The position numbers and the translations under genes are program-made. From an uncultured Acidobacteriota bacterium (GTDB taxonomy: Bacteria > Acidobacteriota > UBA6911): a stretch of 64,000 bases of DNA. The notes below the pieces were generated by a model, which had not been told where the DNA came from, ran no database searches, and saw only the letters and a program-made list of their open reading frames with translations. The stretch lies in assembly GCA_963843575.1 (NCBI GenBank), contig CAWJKZ010000012.1, positions 192,001 through 256,000 of the forward strand. The letters are read 5' to 3'. This document shows, piece after piece, positions 31,502 to 40,954 of this stretch (its first letter is position 1; each line of letters starts with the position of its first letter).

Positions 31502-32305
31502 TCAACGACACTGCCGGGCAAGCTCCATGAACTCGCGCACGCGCCGGGCATCGACCTCGTTCCAGATGTACCCGTCGCGCTTGAACGTGGTGCCGGTCAC
31601 GGCGCCGTCCGCGATCGACAGCTGTTCCCGGATGTTCTCCGGGCGCACACCGGTGTTGGCCAGGACCGGGGTGTCCGGCACCGCCTGCTTCACCCTGCTC
31701 AGCGTGGCGGCGGACGAGGGGACGCCGGCGGTCAGCCCCGAGACGCAAAGCGCGTCGGGCCGGGCGTTGAAGACGGTGGAGCGCGCGATGTCGGCGACGT
31801 CCCGCTGCCCGAGGTAGACGGCCGCTTCGGGCACGATGTTGAACAGGAGCTTCACGTGCTCCGCGTGGATCGCATGCTGGTGCCGCACCACCGCCCCGCA
31901 GTCGGTGTTCCAGAGACCGAAATCGGAGCCGTAGACCCCCGTGAAGATCTCCCGCACGAACGCGGCCCCGGTGGCCATCGCGAGATCGATCGAGGCGGTC
32001 GGGTCCCACAGGACGTTGACGCCGTAGGGAACGGCAATCTCCCGCCGCAGCTCGCCGATCACACGCGCCATCGTGACGTACGTGATCGGCTCCACGCGGG
32101 TGAGATAGGGGAGGCTCGCCTCGTTCGAGAACATGACCGCGTCGACGCCCCCCTCCTGAAGAGCCTTGAGGTCGCGGCGCGCGCACTCGATCACCCGGTC
32201 GAGGCCCTGGTCGGCGTCGTACCCGGGATCGCCGGGCAGGGCGAGCATGTGACACATGGCGATGACCGGCTTGGTCACGCCGAGAACCTCCTTCAGCCAG
32301 CTCAT
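31502..32305 (-). CDS. BtpA/SgcQ family TIM-barrel protein
   Basis: KPVIAMCHMLALPGDP, GVDAVMFSNEASLPY, GVNVLWD, FVREIFTGVY, LANTGV, DGAVTGT.FK.DG. Confidence 0.88.
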   Translation of the reverse strand: MSWLKEVLGVTKPVIAMCHMLALPGDPGYDADQGLDRVIECARRDLKALQEGGVDAVMFSNEASLPYLTRVEPITYVTMARVIGELRREIAVPYGVNVLWDPTASIDLAMATGAAFVREIFTGVYGSDFGLWNTDCGAVVRHQHAIHAEHVKLLFNIVPEAAVYLGQRDVADIARSTVFNARPDALCVSGLTAGVPSSAATLSRVKQAVPDTPVLANTGVRPENIREQLSIADGAVTGTTFKRDGYIWNEVDARRVREFMELARQCR

Positions 32306-33300
32306 TTCTCTGCGCTCCTCGAGTTTCCGCTTGAGATCGACTTGACCACCATAACAAAGAGGACCAGGAACCCCCACGCAAAATCGCGGAAAAAGTTGCT
32401 GCCGCTGAACCGGAGCAGCAGCATGTTGAAACCCGTCGACAGCATCTGCAGCGTCGCCAGCGCCACCACCACCCCGGTGAGCCGCCCCGCGCCCCCCGAC
32501 ACGGAAACCCCTCCGAGCACGGCGGTCAGGATAGTCATCAGGAGGTACGACGTCCCGTATTCGGGGTTGGCCGAGTTGGTCCGCGAGAGCGTGACGATCC
32601 CGGCAACGGACGAGAGCAGGCCGGCGATGACGTGGGTCCTGAGCACGAGCGCCGGGTTGTCCATCCCCGAAAAGCGCGCTGCGGTCGGGTTCGACCCCAA
32701 CATGTACAGCTTGAATCCCAGGCTGGTGCGGTTGAGTACCAACGACACGATCGCCGCCACCGCCGCGAACAGGATCAGGGGCACGGGCACGCCCAGCACC
32801 TTCCCGGTCCCGAGGAAAAGCACCTGGCCCGGGAACCCGTGAACCGCGCGCCCCTGCGTGATTCCGAAACCCAGCCCGGTGTACAGCGTCATGGTGCCGA
32901 GCGTGGCGAGAATCGCGGGGACGCCTGCACGACCGATGAGCAGGCCGTTGACGAGGCCGCATCCGAAACCCACGGCCGCGGCCGCCAGGAACGCCAGGGC
33001 CGTCACCGCGAGGACGCGCGTAGCGGGGGCTCCCGGCGGGAGCAGCTGCACGAGAACCAGCCCGGCCGCGATGGCCGACAGGTTCGCCGTGGCGACGACC
33101 GAGAGGTCGATCCCGCCGATGAGCATCGCCAGCATCATCCCGATCGTCAGAATGCCGAGTTCCGACATCTGAAATCCCATCGATTCGAAGTTGGCCGCGG
33201 TAAAGAAACGGTCGGGCAGCGCGAAGCTCAACCCGGCGCACACGACGAGCGAAACCGCCAGGAGCGACCTTGTGTGCACGTCCGCGATCGGGTGGCTCAT
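32302..33300 (-). CDS. Sugar ABC transporter permease (CUT2)
   Basis: GGIDLSV, PAILATLGT, ARFSG, TAVLGGVSVSGGAG. Confidence 0.9.
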   Translation of the reverse strand: MSHPIADVHTRSLLAVSLVVCAGLSFALPDRFFTAANFESMGFQMSELGILTIGMMLAMLIGGIDLSVVATANLSAIAAGLVLVQLLPPGAPATRVLAVTALAFLAAAAVGFGCGLVNGLLIGRAGVPAILATLGTMTLYTGLGFGITQGRAVHGFPGQVLFLGTGKVLGVPVPLILFAAVAAIVSLVLNRTSLGFKLYMLGSNPTAARFSGMDNPALVLRTHVIAGLLSSVAGIVTLSRTNSANPEYGTSYLLMTILTAVLGGVSVSGGAGRLTGVVVALATLQMLSTGFNMLLLRFSGSNFFRDFAWGFLVLFVMVVKSISSGNSRSAEK

Positions 33301-34340
33301 GTCGATTGTGGGCGGGGACGGCCCGTCCCCGCCCCCTCCCCCCGGGGCCGCGTCGGGCCGCCGCGGCCCACCTGGCGCCGGCGCAGGGCCGGCGCCGTCG
33401 TGCCGACGATCAGGGCCAGGCCGATCGCGACCTTCTGCCATTCGGCGGGGATCCCGACCAAGATCAGGCCGCTTTTCATGACGGTGATCAGAAACAGGCC
33501 GAGCAACGTGCCGGCAACCGTGCCGCGCCCCCCGGCGATGGCCGCGCCCCCGAGCACCACCGCGGCGATGACGTCCAGTTCCGTGCCCATGAGGGCCGCG
33601 GGATTGGCGTTGCGGTACAGGGCGGCCTGGGTCACGCCCGCAATCGAAGCGAGGGCGCCGGCAAGGCCGTAGATCAGGTATTCGATGCGCCGCACGTCGA
33701 AGCCGCAGCGCTCGGCGGCTTCGCGGTTGCCCCCCATCGCGTAGACCCCGCGGCCCGCCATCGTGTGACCGAGCAGGACCCACACGGCCAGCGCCGCTGC
33801 CGCGAGTAGGAACGCCGAAGGGTGCAGGCTCGACGTGCCGGCGTTGGGGTCTGCCGCCGTCCACAGGCTCGCCGTCCCGAAACGAGCCAGGCCAGGCGGC
33901 AGTTCGTAGAGGGTCAGGTTCCCGACAAAGAAAAGCACGAAACCGTAGCACATGCTCGCCGTGCCCAGCGTGACGATCAGGGTCGGCAGCCTGAACCGGG
34001 AAATCAGGAAGGCGTTGAGCTCCCCCAGCGCGACACCGATCGGCAGCGCCAGCCCGTACGCGAGCCACGCCGGCCCCTCGAATTGGGCGGCCAGCAGGAT
34101 TTTCAGCGCCACATACGACGACGCGGCTGCAATCGCCGGGAAAGAAACGTCGACGCCCCCGGAGATCAACACCACGAGGACGCCGAGGGCGAGGATGCCG
34201 TAGATCGTGGCGTTGCGGAGCAGGTCGAAGAGATTGGCCACCGACAGGAACGCCGGGTTGACGGCGGCGATCGTCAGCGAAAGGACGACCGCTGTCGCTG
34301 CGACGACAGACTCGTGGGTTCGGAAAATCCGCCAGAACAT
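33297..34340 (-). CDS. Sugar ABC transporter permease (CUT2)
   Basis: SGGVDVSF, PTLIVTLGT, GGNREAA, ELDVIAAVVLGG. Confidence 0.9.
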   Translation of the reverse strand: MFWRIFRTHESVVAATAVVLSLTIAAVNPAFLSVANLFDLLRNATIYGILALGVLVVLISGGVDVSFPAIAAASSYVALKILLAAQFEGPAWLAYGLALPIGVALGELNAFLISRFRLPTLIVTLGTASMCYGFVLFFVGNLTLYELPPGLARFGTASLWTAADPNAGTSSLHPSAFLLAAAALAVWVLLGHTMAGRGVYAMGGNREAAERCGFDVRRIEYLIYGLAGALASIAGVTQAALYRNANPAALMGTELDVIAAVVLGGAAIAGGRGTVAGTLLGLFLITVMKSGLILVGIPAEWQKVAIGLALIVGTTAPALRRRQVGRGGPTRPRGEGAGTGRPRPQST

Positions 34341-34358
34341 CCGACAGACCTCGGACGA

Positions 34359-35885
34359 CTATGCCGACATGAGCATGTCAGTCAACGTGTTTTCCCACAG
34401 GTTCCGGCGCTCCAGCTCGGCCGCGACGCGTCCCTGTTTCATCAGAAGAACCCGGTCGCACAGGTGCGCGAGCTCCGGGATGTCGTCCGAGATCACCAGC
34501 AGGCCCATGCCGCGCCCCGCCAGGGTGCGGATGATCCGGTGGATCTCGGCTTTAGACCCGACGTCGACCCCCACCGTCGGCCCGTTGAGGATCAGGATCC
34601 CAGGTTCCGTCGCCAGCCACTTGGCCAGCACGAGACGCTGCTGGTTCCCCCCCGAGAGGCTGGCCGCCGGCAGGTCGACCGAGGGCGGCCGGATGTCCAG
34701 GCGCCCCACCCACTCCGCCGCTCGGGCCCGCAGCGCGTCTCGGTCCAGGAGGAGCGAACGGCCCCGCAGCCGATCGATGATCGCCGCGACCGCGTTGCTC
34801 CCGACCGATTGATCCAGGAAGAGTCCCTCGGTGAGCCGGTCCTCCGGCACGTAGCCGATGCCGTTTGCGCGCGCCTCGCGGATGCTCTTCAGCCCCACCC
34901 GTCTTCCCCCGACCGCGACCGAACCGGAATCGGCCGGCAGAACGCCGAAAAGCGAGAGCGCGAGCTCCGTTCGACCGGAGCCGAGCTGACCGGTGATCCC
35001 CAGGATTTCGCCCGCCCGCAGTTCGAAGGAAACGCCCGAGAAGCAGCCGGACTTCGCCAGCCCCGCCACCTTCAACAGCAACGGGGCGCTTGCGGCCGCG
35101 GCCGGGGATGAGGCCATCTCCGGTGCGGGATCACGGCCTGTGATGGCGCGGACGACAGCCGCCGGGTCCAGCCCTGCGGCTTCGGCGTCGACCACCTTCT
35201 CGCCGTTGCGCAGGATAAAGACGCGCTCGGCGATCTCGACCATCTCGTCCAGTTTGTGGCCGACGAAGAGCACCGCGATCCCCTCCGCCTTCAGGTTGCG
35301 GATGACTTCGAAAAGCGAGGAGACCTCCTTGCGGGTCAGAGCGGTCGTGGGCTCGTCCATAATGACGAGACGGGCGTCGTGCAGCAGGGCGCGCGCGATT
35401 GCGATGATCTGCCTGTCGGCGACGGGGAGATCGCCGGCCCGTGCGCCGGGATCGAGCTCGACCCCGATCCTCCCGAGGGCGCGCGCGGCGATCGCTTCCA
35501 CCTCGCGCCAGCGCACCCAGCGGCGCCGGTGCGCGATCTCGTAGTTGAGTGCGATGTTTTCCGCCACGCTCAAGTTGGGAAACAGCGACAGGTCCTGATA
35601 GATGACCTGAATCCCGCGGCGGATCGCCTCGATCGGGTGGAGCCGCGCGCACACGCTGCCGTCGATCGCTATCTCTCCGGAATCGGGGGCGTGGATTCCG
35701 GCGACGACCTTTATGAGGGTCGATTTGCCCGAACCGTTTTCCCCGGCAAGCCAGCAGGTTCGGCCCGGCGTGATGCCCAGGCTGACGTCCTTGAGCGCCT
35801 GGACGCCGCCGAAGCTCTTGCTGACGTGGCTGAGTGTCAGGAATTCGCGCACGGGTTTCACCGGGCGGTGGGCGTTGCCCACCAC
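34359..35885 (-). CDS. Sugar ABC transporter ATP-binding protein (tandem ABC domains)
   Basis: GENGSGKST, MDEPT, VPEDR, LSGGNQQR; the second Walker B is degenerate (LNGPT). Confidence 0.92.
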   Translation of the reverse strand: MVGNAHRPVKPVREFLTLSHVSKSFGGVQALKDVSLGITPGRTCWLAGENGSGKSTLIKVVAGIHAPDSGEIAIDGSVCARLHPIEAIRRGIQVIYQDLSLFPNLSVAENIALNYEIAHRRRWVRWREVEAIAARALGRIGVELDPGARAGDLPVADRQIIAIARALLHDARLVIMDEPTTALTRKEVSSLFEVIRNLKAEGIAVLFVGHKLDEMVEIAERVFILRNGEKVVDAEAAGLDPAAVVRAITGRDPAPEMASSPAAAASAPLLLKVAGLAKSGCFSGVSFELRAGEILGITGQLGSGRTELALSLFGVLPADSGSVAVGGRRVGLKSIREARANGIGYVPEDRLTEGLFLDQSVGSNAVAAIIDRLRGRSLLLDRDALRARAAEWVGRLDIRPPSVDLPAASLSGGNQQRLVLAKWLATEPGILILNGPTVGVDVGSKAEIHRIIRTLAGRGMGLLVISDDIPELAHLCDRVLLMKQGRVAAELERRNLWENTLTDMLMSA

Positions 35886-35895
35886 ACCCTTCAGG

Positions 35896-36888
35896 TCAGA
35901 ACGGGTATTTGTCCATGTTGTCGCGGGTGATGTCGATCCATGCGTTGCCGTAGATCACCCTGCCGGCCACCCTGACCCGGTTGTAGCCCTGGACCCCCAA
36001 GTCCATGCCGTCCTCGACCTTCTTCCCTTCGAGGACCATTCGGGCAACCTTGTTCATCACGTAGCCCGCCTCGGCCGGATCCCAGCAGTTGATGACGGTT
36101 ATCGCCCCGGCCTTGAGCAGCGCGCCCGCGTACGACGGGAGGCTCGTGCCGACGACGGCGATCTTCCCGGCCAGCCCGGCTTCCTGAATCGCCTGGGCCG
36201 CGCCAACCACGTCGGTCGCCGCCGAGCCTTGCACCCCCTTTATCCCGGGGTACGTCCGGAGCAGATCCTTCGTGATCTGGTAGGCTTTCTGAGGATCGTC
36301 GCTCGTTTCGTTCTTGCCGCCCACCAGCCTCATGTTCGGATAGCTTTCCCGCTGGTGGGCGACCGCCGCATCCACCCACTCGTTGTGGGATTTTGAGGTG
36401 AGGCTGCCGACCAGCACGACGTAGCTCCCCTCCCGGCCCGCCGCCTCCGCCATCTCGTCCATCATGTGGCGCCCGTAGGCCGCGTTGTCGAACGGCTCGA
36501 TGTCATAGACCGCGCTCTCCCCGCGGATGTTGGACGCCTCGTGGGTCACGACCACGATGTTCTGATCCCGCGCCTTTTTCAGGACCGGCTCGACTGCCTC
36601 GACCGCGAAAGGGACCACGAGCAGCGCTTGCGGGCGCTGGGCGATTGCGTCCTCGATGACCTGAACCTGCAGGGCGGCATCGGCCCGGGAAGGGCCTTGC
36701 TGGACGGCCTGGATGCCCGCGTCCGCCGCGTACCGGTGGACCCCAGTCTCCATGCGCCTGAACCAGTTGAAGCCCGTCGACTTAACGACCGTTATGAACC
36801 GCACGTCGGCCGGCCCGCCGCCCGGGCCGCCGCCGCAGCCCGGAAGGAACAGCAGAGCGCAGCCCACGGCCGCCGCATACACGCGCAT
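35896..36888 (-). CDS. Sugar ABC substrate-binding lipoprotein (LsrB/RhaS-like)
   Basis: Lipobox LPGC; VVKSTGFNWF.RM..G, VVVTHE, WDPAEAG; AAGGAGG RBS. Confidence 0.88.
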   Translation of the reverse strand: MRVYAAAVGCALLFLPGCGGGPGGGPADVRFITVVKSTGFNWFRRMETGVHRYAADAGIQAVQQGPSRADAALQVQVIEDAIAQRPQALLVVPFAVEAVEPVLKKARDQNIVVVTHEASNIRGESAVYDIEPFDNAAYGRHMMDEMAEAAGREGSYVVLVGSLTSKSHNEWVDAAVAHQRESYPNMRLVGGKNETSDDPQKAYQITKDLLRTYPGIKGVQGSAATDVVGAAQAIQEAGLAGKIAVVGTSLPSYAGALLKAGAITVINCWDPAEAGYVMNKVARMVLEGKKVEDGMDLGVQGYNRVRVAGRVIYGNAWIDITRDNMDKYPF

Positions 36889-36899
36889 AAAACCTCCTT

Positions 36900-37140
36900 G
36901 GGGACGGACCCGGACAAGCATACTATATGCAACAGGATATCGTGAAAAATCCGTCTAAAATGGTTCTTATCTGCGATTTTGGGGGCCATTTCCTCAAATT
37001 AGCCGACTGCTAAGCCAAGCTGTGTCCCGCAATTGCCCTAATCGCGAAAAAAGGCCCCGATTTTTTGAAATAAGGCCGTTCTTGATGTCATAAATATCTC
37101 TAAGTATATGATATAGCGCTATTTGCTCTGGTCCGTCCCC
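36900..37140. mobile_element. Family C MITE, full copy (241 bp, AT-rich, 11-bp terminal inverted repeats)
   Basis: GGGGACGGACC ... GGTCCGTCCCC; internal blocks shared with 46305-46549. Confidence 0.8.
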
Positions 37141-37174
37141 GGTTTTGGTGCTTTTGCACTATAATCGGTGGGAT

Positions 37175-39013
37175 ATGGTGAGTTTGCGGGCGGGAGCGTT
37201 GCGCGTCGTTTTCGACCACGGAGCCCTCCTCTACGCCAGGGTCGGCCGGGTGGAGGTGTTGCGACGGGTCTATTTCGCGGTGAGGGATCCCCTCTGGCGC
37301 ACGCCACAACCCGAGATCCACGGTCTCGAAGTCGAACGTGGTCCGGACTCGTTCCGCATCGCATTCAGCGCCGAGGTCATGCACGGCGATATCGACTTCC
37401 GCTGGCACGCGATCCTCGAAGGAACTCCCGGAGGGATCATCCGCTACGGCGTCGCCGGGGAGGCGCACAGCCGATTCCTGGCAAACCGGATCGGGCTGTG
37501 CGTGCTGCACCCCATCCGCGAGTGCGCCGGCCGGCCCTGCTCGATCGAGCACGTCGACGGATCCAGGGAAGAGTCGGTGTTCCCTCTGCTGGTCGCGCCC
37601 CACCAGCCGTTCAAGGCCGTACGGGCGATGACACACCAGCTGCTGCCCGGTTTGCGCGCCGAGGTGCGTTGCGAAGGGGACGTGTTCGAGACCGAGGACC
37701 AGCGCAACTGGACCGACGGCTCCTACAAGACCTACTGCCCTCCGCTCGAGCCCCCACTCCCGCGCGAGACCACGCCGGGAACGAAGATCGAGCAGTCGGT
37801 CACGCTGGCGTTGCTCGGCGCGCCGCCGCCGGCCGAAGAGGATGAAGGCGGCATCACGATCTCGCTGGCCGACGCCTGTTCCGGGTCCCTGCCTCGGGTG
37901 GGGCTGGCCGTCGCCAGCCACCGGAAGCCGCTGAGCCCCGAGCAGGTGGCGCACCTCGCCCGGCTGCACCTGTCTCATCTCCGGGTCGACCTGGCCTGCG
38001 CGCAACCCGGGTGGGAGGCGGCCCTCCGTCAGGCCGCCGAACAGGCGAGGGCACTCGGGTCGGAGCTCGAGATCGCGCTGCACCTGTCCGCGGACGCGGT
38101 CGCCGAATTGTCGGCGTTCGCAGCGGTCCTGCCCGCGATCGATCTTCCGGCAGTCCGCTGGCTCGTTTTTCGTCGTGCGGAGAAATCCACGTCCGCGCGA
38201 TGGCTCCCGCTCGCGCGTGAGCATCTGACCGCATTCTATCCATCAGCCTTGTTCGGCGCCGGGACAAACCAGTACTTCGCAGAGGTAAACCGGAAGCGTC
38301 CGCCGCGGACCGCCGATTTCGTCGCCTATTCCGTGAACCCGCAGGTGCACGCCGAGGACGACGCGGCCCTGGTGGAGGCACTCGAAGGCCAGGGTTGGAC
38401 CGTCTCGACCGCGCGTGAATTCACCGGCGGCCTTCCGGTGGCCGTCACACCGGTGACCCTCCGGCCGCGCTTCAATCCCGACGCGCCCGAAACCGCGCCG
38501 TCGAGCATCGACCCTCGCCAGACGACGCTGTTCGGCGCGGCATGGACGACTGGAGCCCTCAAGCACCTCGGTGAGGCGGGGGCCTGGAGCGTGACCTTCT
38601 ATGAAACCACCGGGCCACTCGGAGTCATGGCAGCCGGACAGGAAGCGCCCGCGCCGGTTTTCCCCTGCTATTACGTGTTGGCCTGGCTCGCGGAATATTC
38701 CGGGAGCGCAGTCCTGGCCGCACGTTCGAGTGCCCCTCTCGAAGTCGACGCCCTCGCCGCCCGGAAGGACGGCCGCACCCGCGTGATCGCCGCCAACTTC
38801 ACGGCGGAGCCCCGGAACGTGCGCCTGGAGGGCTTTCCCCGCGTCGCCCGCCTGCTCCGCCTCAACGAGCGCAGCCTCTCCGAGGCGGGCACGGATTCCC
38901 TGGCGTTGTGCACCCGCCCGGGAGAACGCACCGAGTGGGCCGGTCGAAAGGCGACGGTTTCGCTTCAGCCCTTCGAACTGCTGCGTGTCGACTTCGAGGA
39001 AGGGGGGATATGA
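37175..39013 (+). CDS. apnL: D-apionate lactonase-like protein
   Basis: YFAVRD..W, NRIGLCVLHP, FETEDQRNWTDGSYKTY, GTNQYFAEVNR, NPQVHA; context beside apsD/apnO. Confidence 0.75.
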   Translation: MVSLRAGALRVVFDHGALLYARVGRVEVLRRVYFAVRDPLWRTPQPEIHGLEVERGPDSFRIAFSAEVMHGDIDFRWHAILEGTPGGIIRYGVAGEAHSRFLANRIGLCVLHPIRECAGRPCSIEHVDGSREESVFPLLVAPHQPFKAVRAMTHQLLPGLRAEVRCEGDVFETEDQRNWTDGSYKTYCPPLEPPLPRETTPGTKIEQSVTLALLGAPPPAEEDEGGITISLADACSGSLPRVGLAVASHRKPLSPEQVAHLARLHLSHLRVDLACAQPGWEAALRQAAEQARALGSELEIALHLSADAVAELSAFAAVLPAIDLPAVRWLVFRRAEKSTSARWLPLAREHLTAFYPSALFGAGTNQYFAEVNRKRPPRTADFVAYSVNPQVHAEDDAALVEALEGQGWTVSTAREFTGGLPVAVTPVTLRPRFNPDAPETAPSSIDPRQTTLFGAAWTTGALKHLGEAGAWSVTFYETTGPLGVMAAGQEAPAPVFPCYYVLAWLAEYSGSAVLAARSSAPLEVDALAARKDGRTRVIAANFTAEPRNVRLEGFPRVARLLRLNERSLSEAGTDSLALCTRPGERTEWAGRKATVSLQPFELLRVDFEEGGI

Positions 39014-40068
39014 ACAGCCTGCGCTTTGCGATCGCCGGGACGGGCTTCTGGGCCCGCTACCAGCTCGCGGCCTGGCGCGAGGTCCCGGGGGCGGAATGCG
39101 TCGCCCTCTACAACCGGACCCGGCGCAAGGCCGAGGCCCTCGGGAGCGCATTCGGCGTCGCCGCCCTATACGATGACGCGGAAGAGATGCTCCGGCGCGA
39201 ACGCCCGGACTTCCTCGACGTCGTCACCGACGTCTCCACCCACCGCTTCTTCGTGGAACTCGCGGCCTCGCACGGGCTGCCCGTCATCTGCCAGAAGCCC
39301 ATGGCCCCTGCCCTCGCCGACGCGGAGGCCATGCTGCGGGCCTGCCGCAACGCAGCCGTCCCGCTGCTCATTCACGAGAACTGGCGCTGGCAGACACCGA
39401 TCCGCCAGGTCAAGGACGAGCTCGCCTCGGGGCGCATCGGGACCCCGTTCCGCGCCCGCATCGACTTCTGCACCAGCTTCCCCGTCTTCGACAACCAGCC
39501 CTTTCTGAAGGAGGCCGACCGGTTCATACTGGCCGACATCGGCAGCCACATCCTGGATGTCGCCCGCTTCCTTTTCGGCGAGGCCTCGAGCCTGTACTGC
39601 CGCGCCCGCCGGATCCGCGGCGATATCCGCGGCGAAGACGTCGCGACCGTGATGATGACCATGGGCGGCGGCACGACCGTCGTGTGCAACATGAGCTACG
39701 CCAGCCGCACGGAGCACGAGCGCTTCCCGGAAACCTTCCTGTTCGTCGAGGGGACGGAGGGTGCGCTGGAACTTGCGCCCGACTACTGGATACGCACCAC
39801 CACCTCCGAGGGGACGCGCGCGAGGCGGTGCCCGCCGCCCCGGTACACCTGGGCCGACCCGGCCTACGACCTCGTCCACGCCAGCATCGTGCCGTGCCAC
39901 GCGAACCTGCTCCGGGCGCTGCAGGGCGCAGGCTGCGCGGAAACAACCGGGGAGGATAACCTCAAAACCGCGCGGCTCGTCTTCGGCGCCTACGAATCGG
40001 CGGAGACAGGACGGGTCGTCCGTCCGGGGGGATCCGACAACCCCGACCTTCGGGAGAACACGCTATGA
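39010..40068 (+). CDS. apsD: Gfo/Idh/MocA oxidoreductase, D-apiose dehydrogenase-like
   Basis: GTGFWA..QL.AW, ICQKPMA, HENWRWQ, FDNQPFL, DIGSHILDVARFLFGE. Confidence 0.75.
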   Translation: MNSLRFAIAGTGFWARYQLAAWREVPGAECVALYNRTRRKAEALGSAFGVAALYDDAEEMLRRERPDFLDVVTDVSTHRFFVELAASHGLPVICQKPMAPALADAEAMLRACRNAAVPLLIHENWRWQTPIRQVKDELASGRIGTPFRARIDFCTSFPVFDNQPFLKEADRFILADIGSHILDVARFLFGEASSLYCRARRIRGDIRGEDVATVMMTMGGGTTVVCNMSYASRTEHERFPETFLFVEGTEGALELAPDYWIRTTTSEGTRARRCPPPRYTWADPAYDLVHASIVPCHANLLRALQGAGCAETTGEDNLKTARLVFGAYESAETGRVVRPGGSDNPDLRENTL

Positions 40069-40895
40069 CTACGATCGCTTTGCTCGGTGCGGGAGGAAAG
40101 ATCGGCTGCCGCATCACCGACAAGATGAAGGATTCCGCTTACCGGATGCGTTACGTCGAGGTGAGCGAACCCGGGATAGCGCAGCTCCGTAAACGGGGGC
40201 TCACGGCAACGCCGCAGGACATGGCCCTGAGAGAGGCGGACGCCGTCATACTCGCCGTCCCCGACCGGTTGATCGGGACGATCTCGGCCGAGATCGTCCC
40301 CGCCCTCCACCCCGGCGCGATGGTGGTGTGTCTCGACCCCGCCGCGCCGTGCGCGGGGAAAGTGAAGGTGCGCGAGGACCTCTCCTACTTCGTCACGCAC
40401 CCGTGCCACCCGCCCGTTTTCAGCGACGAAACCGACCCGGAGGCGCAGCGCGATTTCTTCGGCGGGGTGAAGGCGAAACAGCACGTCGTCTGCGCCCTCA
40501 TCCAGGGAGTCGACGAGGACTACGCGCGCGGGGAGGCCATGGTGCGCGTCATGTTCGCCCCCGTGATGAAAGTGCACCGGATCACGGTCCAGCAGATGGC
40601 GATCCTGGAACCCGCCCTGTCGGAAACCACATCGCAGACCTGCCTCCAGGTGGTCCGCGAAGCGCTCGACGAGGCGATCCGGCTCGGGGTCCCGGCCGAG
40701 GCCGCCCGCGACTTCCTGCTCGGCCACATCAACATCCAGCTGGCGATCTTTTTCGGCGAGGTCGACGCGCAGTTCTCCGACGGGGCCAGGAAGGCCATGG
40801 ACCGGGCGCGCTCGCAGATCATCCAACCGGACTGGAAGCGGGTCTTCGAACCGGAAAACATTCGCGACTGCCTCGAAGCGATTACCGGGGGTTGA
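40065..40895 (+). CDS. apnO: D-apionate oxidoisomerase
   Basis: LGAGGKIGCRI, ILAVPD, LDPAAP, THPCHPPVF, DFFGG..AKQ..VCAL.QG, QMAILEPALSET. Confidence 0.85.
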   Translation: MTTIALLGAGGKIGCRITDKMKDSAYRMRYVEVSEPGIAQLRKRGLTATPQDMALREADAVILAVPDRLIGTISAEIVPALHPGAMVVCLDPAAPCAGKVKVREDLSYFVTHPCHPPVFSDETDPEAQRDFFGGVKAKQHVVCALIQGVDEDYARGEAMVRVMFAPVMKVHRITVQQMAILEPALSETTSQTCLQVVREALDEAIRLGVPAEAARDFLLGHINIQLAIFFGEVDAQFSDGARKAMDRARSQIIQPDWKRVFEPENIRDCLEAITGG

Positions 40896-40954
40896 GCACG
40901 CGCCCGAAGCGGCCGGCCCGGTTTTTTTCCCATACAGGGTGAACGGGGAGACAG

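Noticed and set aside
40900-40930. Intrinsic terminator between apnO and the binding-protein gene
   Set aside because: A T-tract is present but I could not find a convincing stem.
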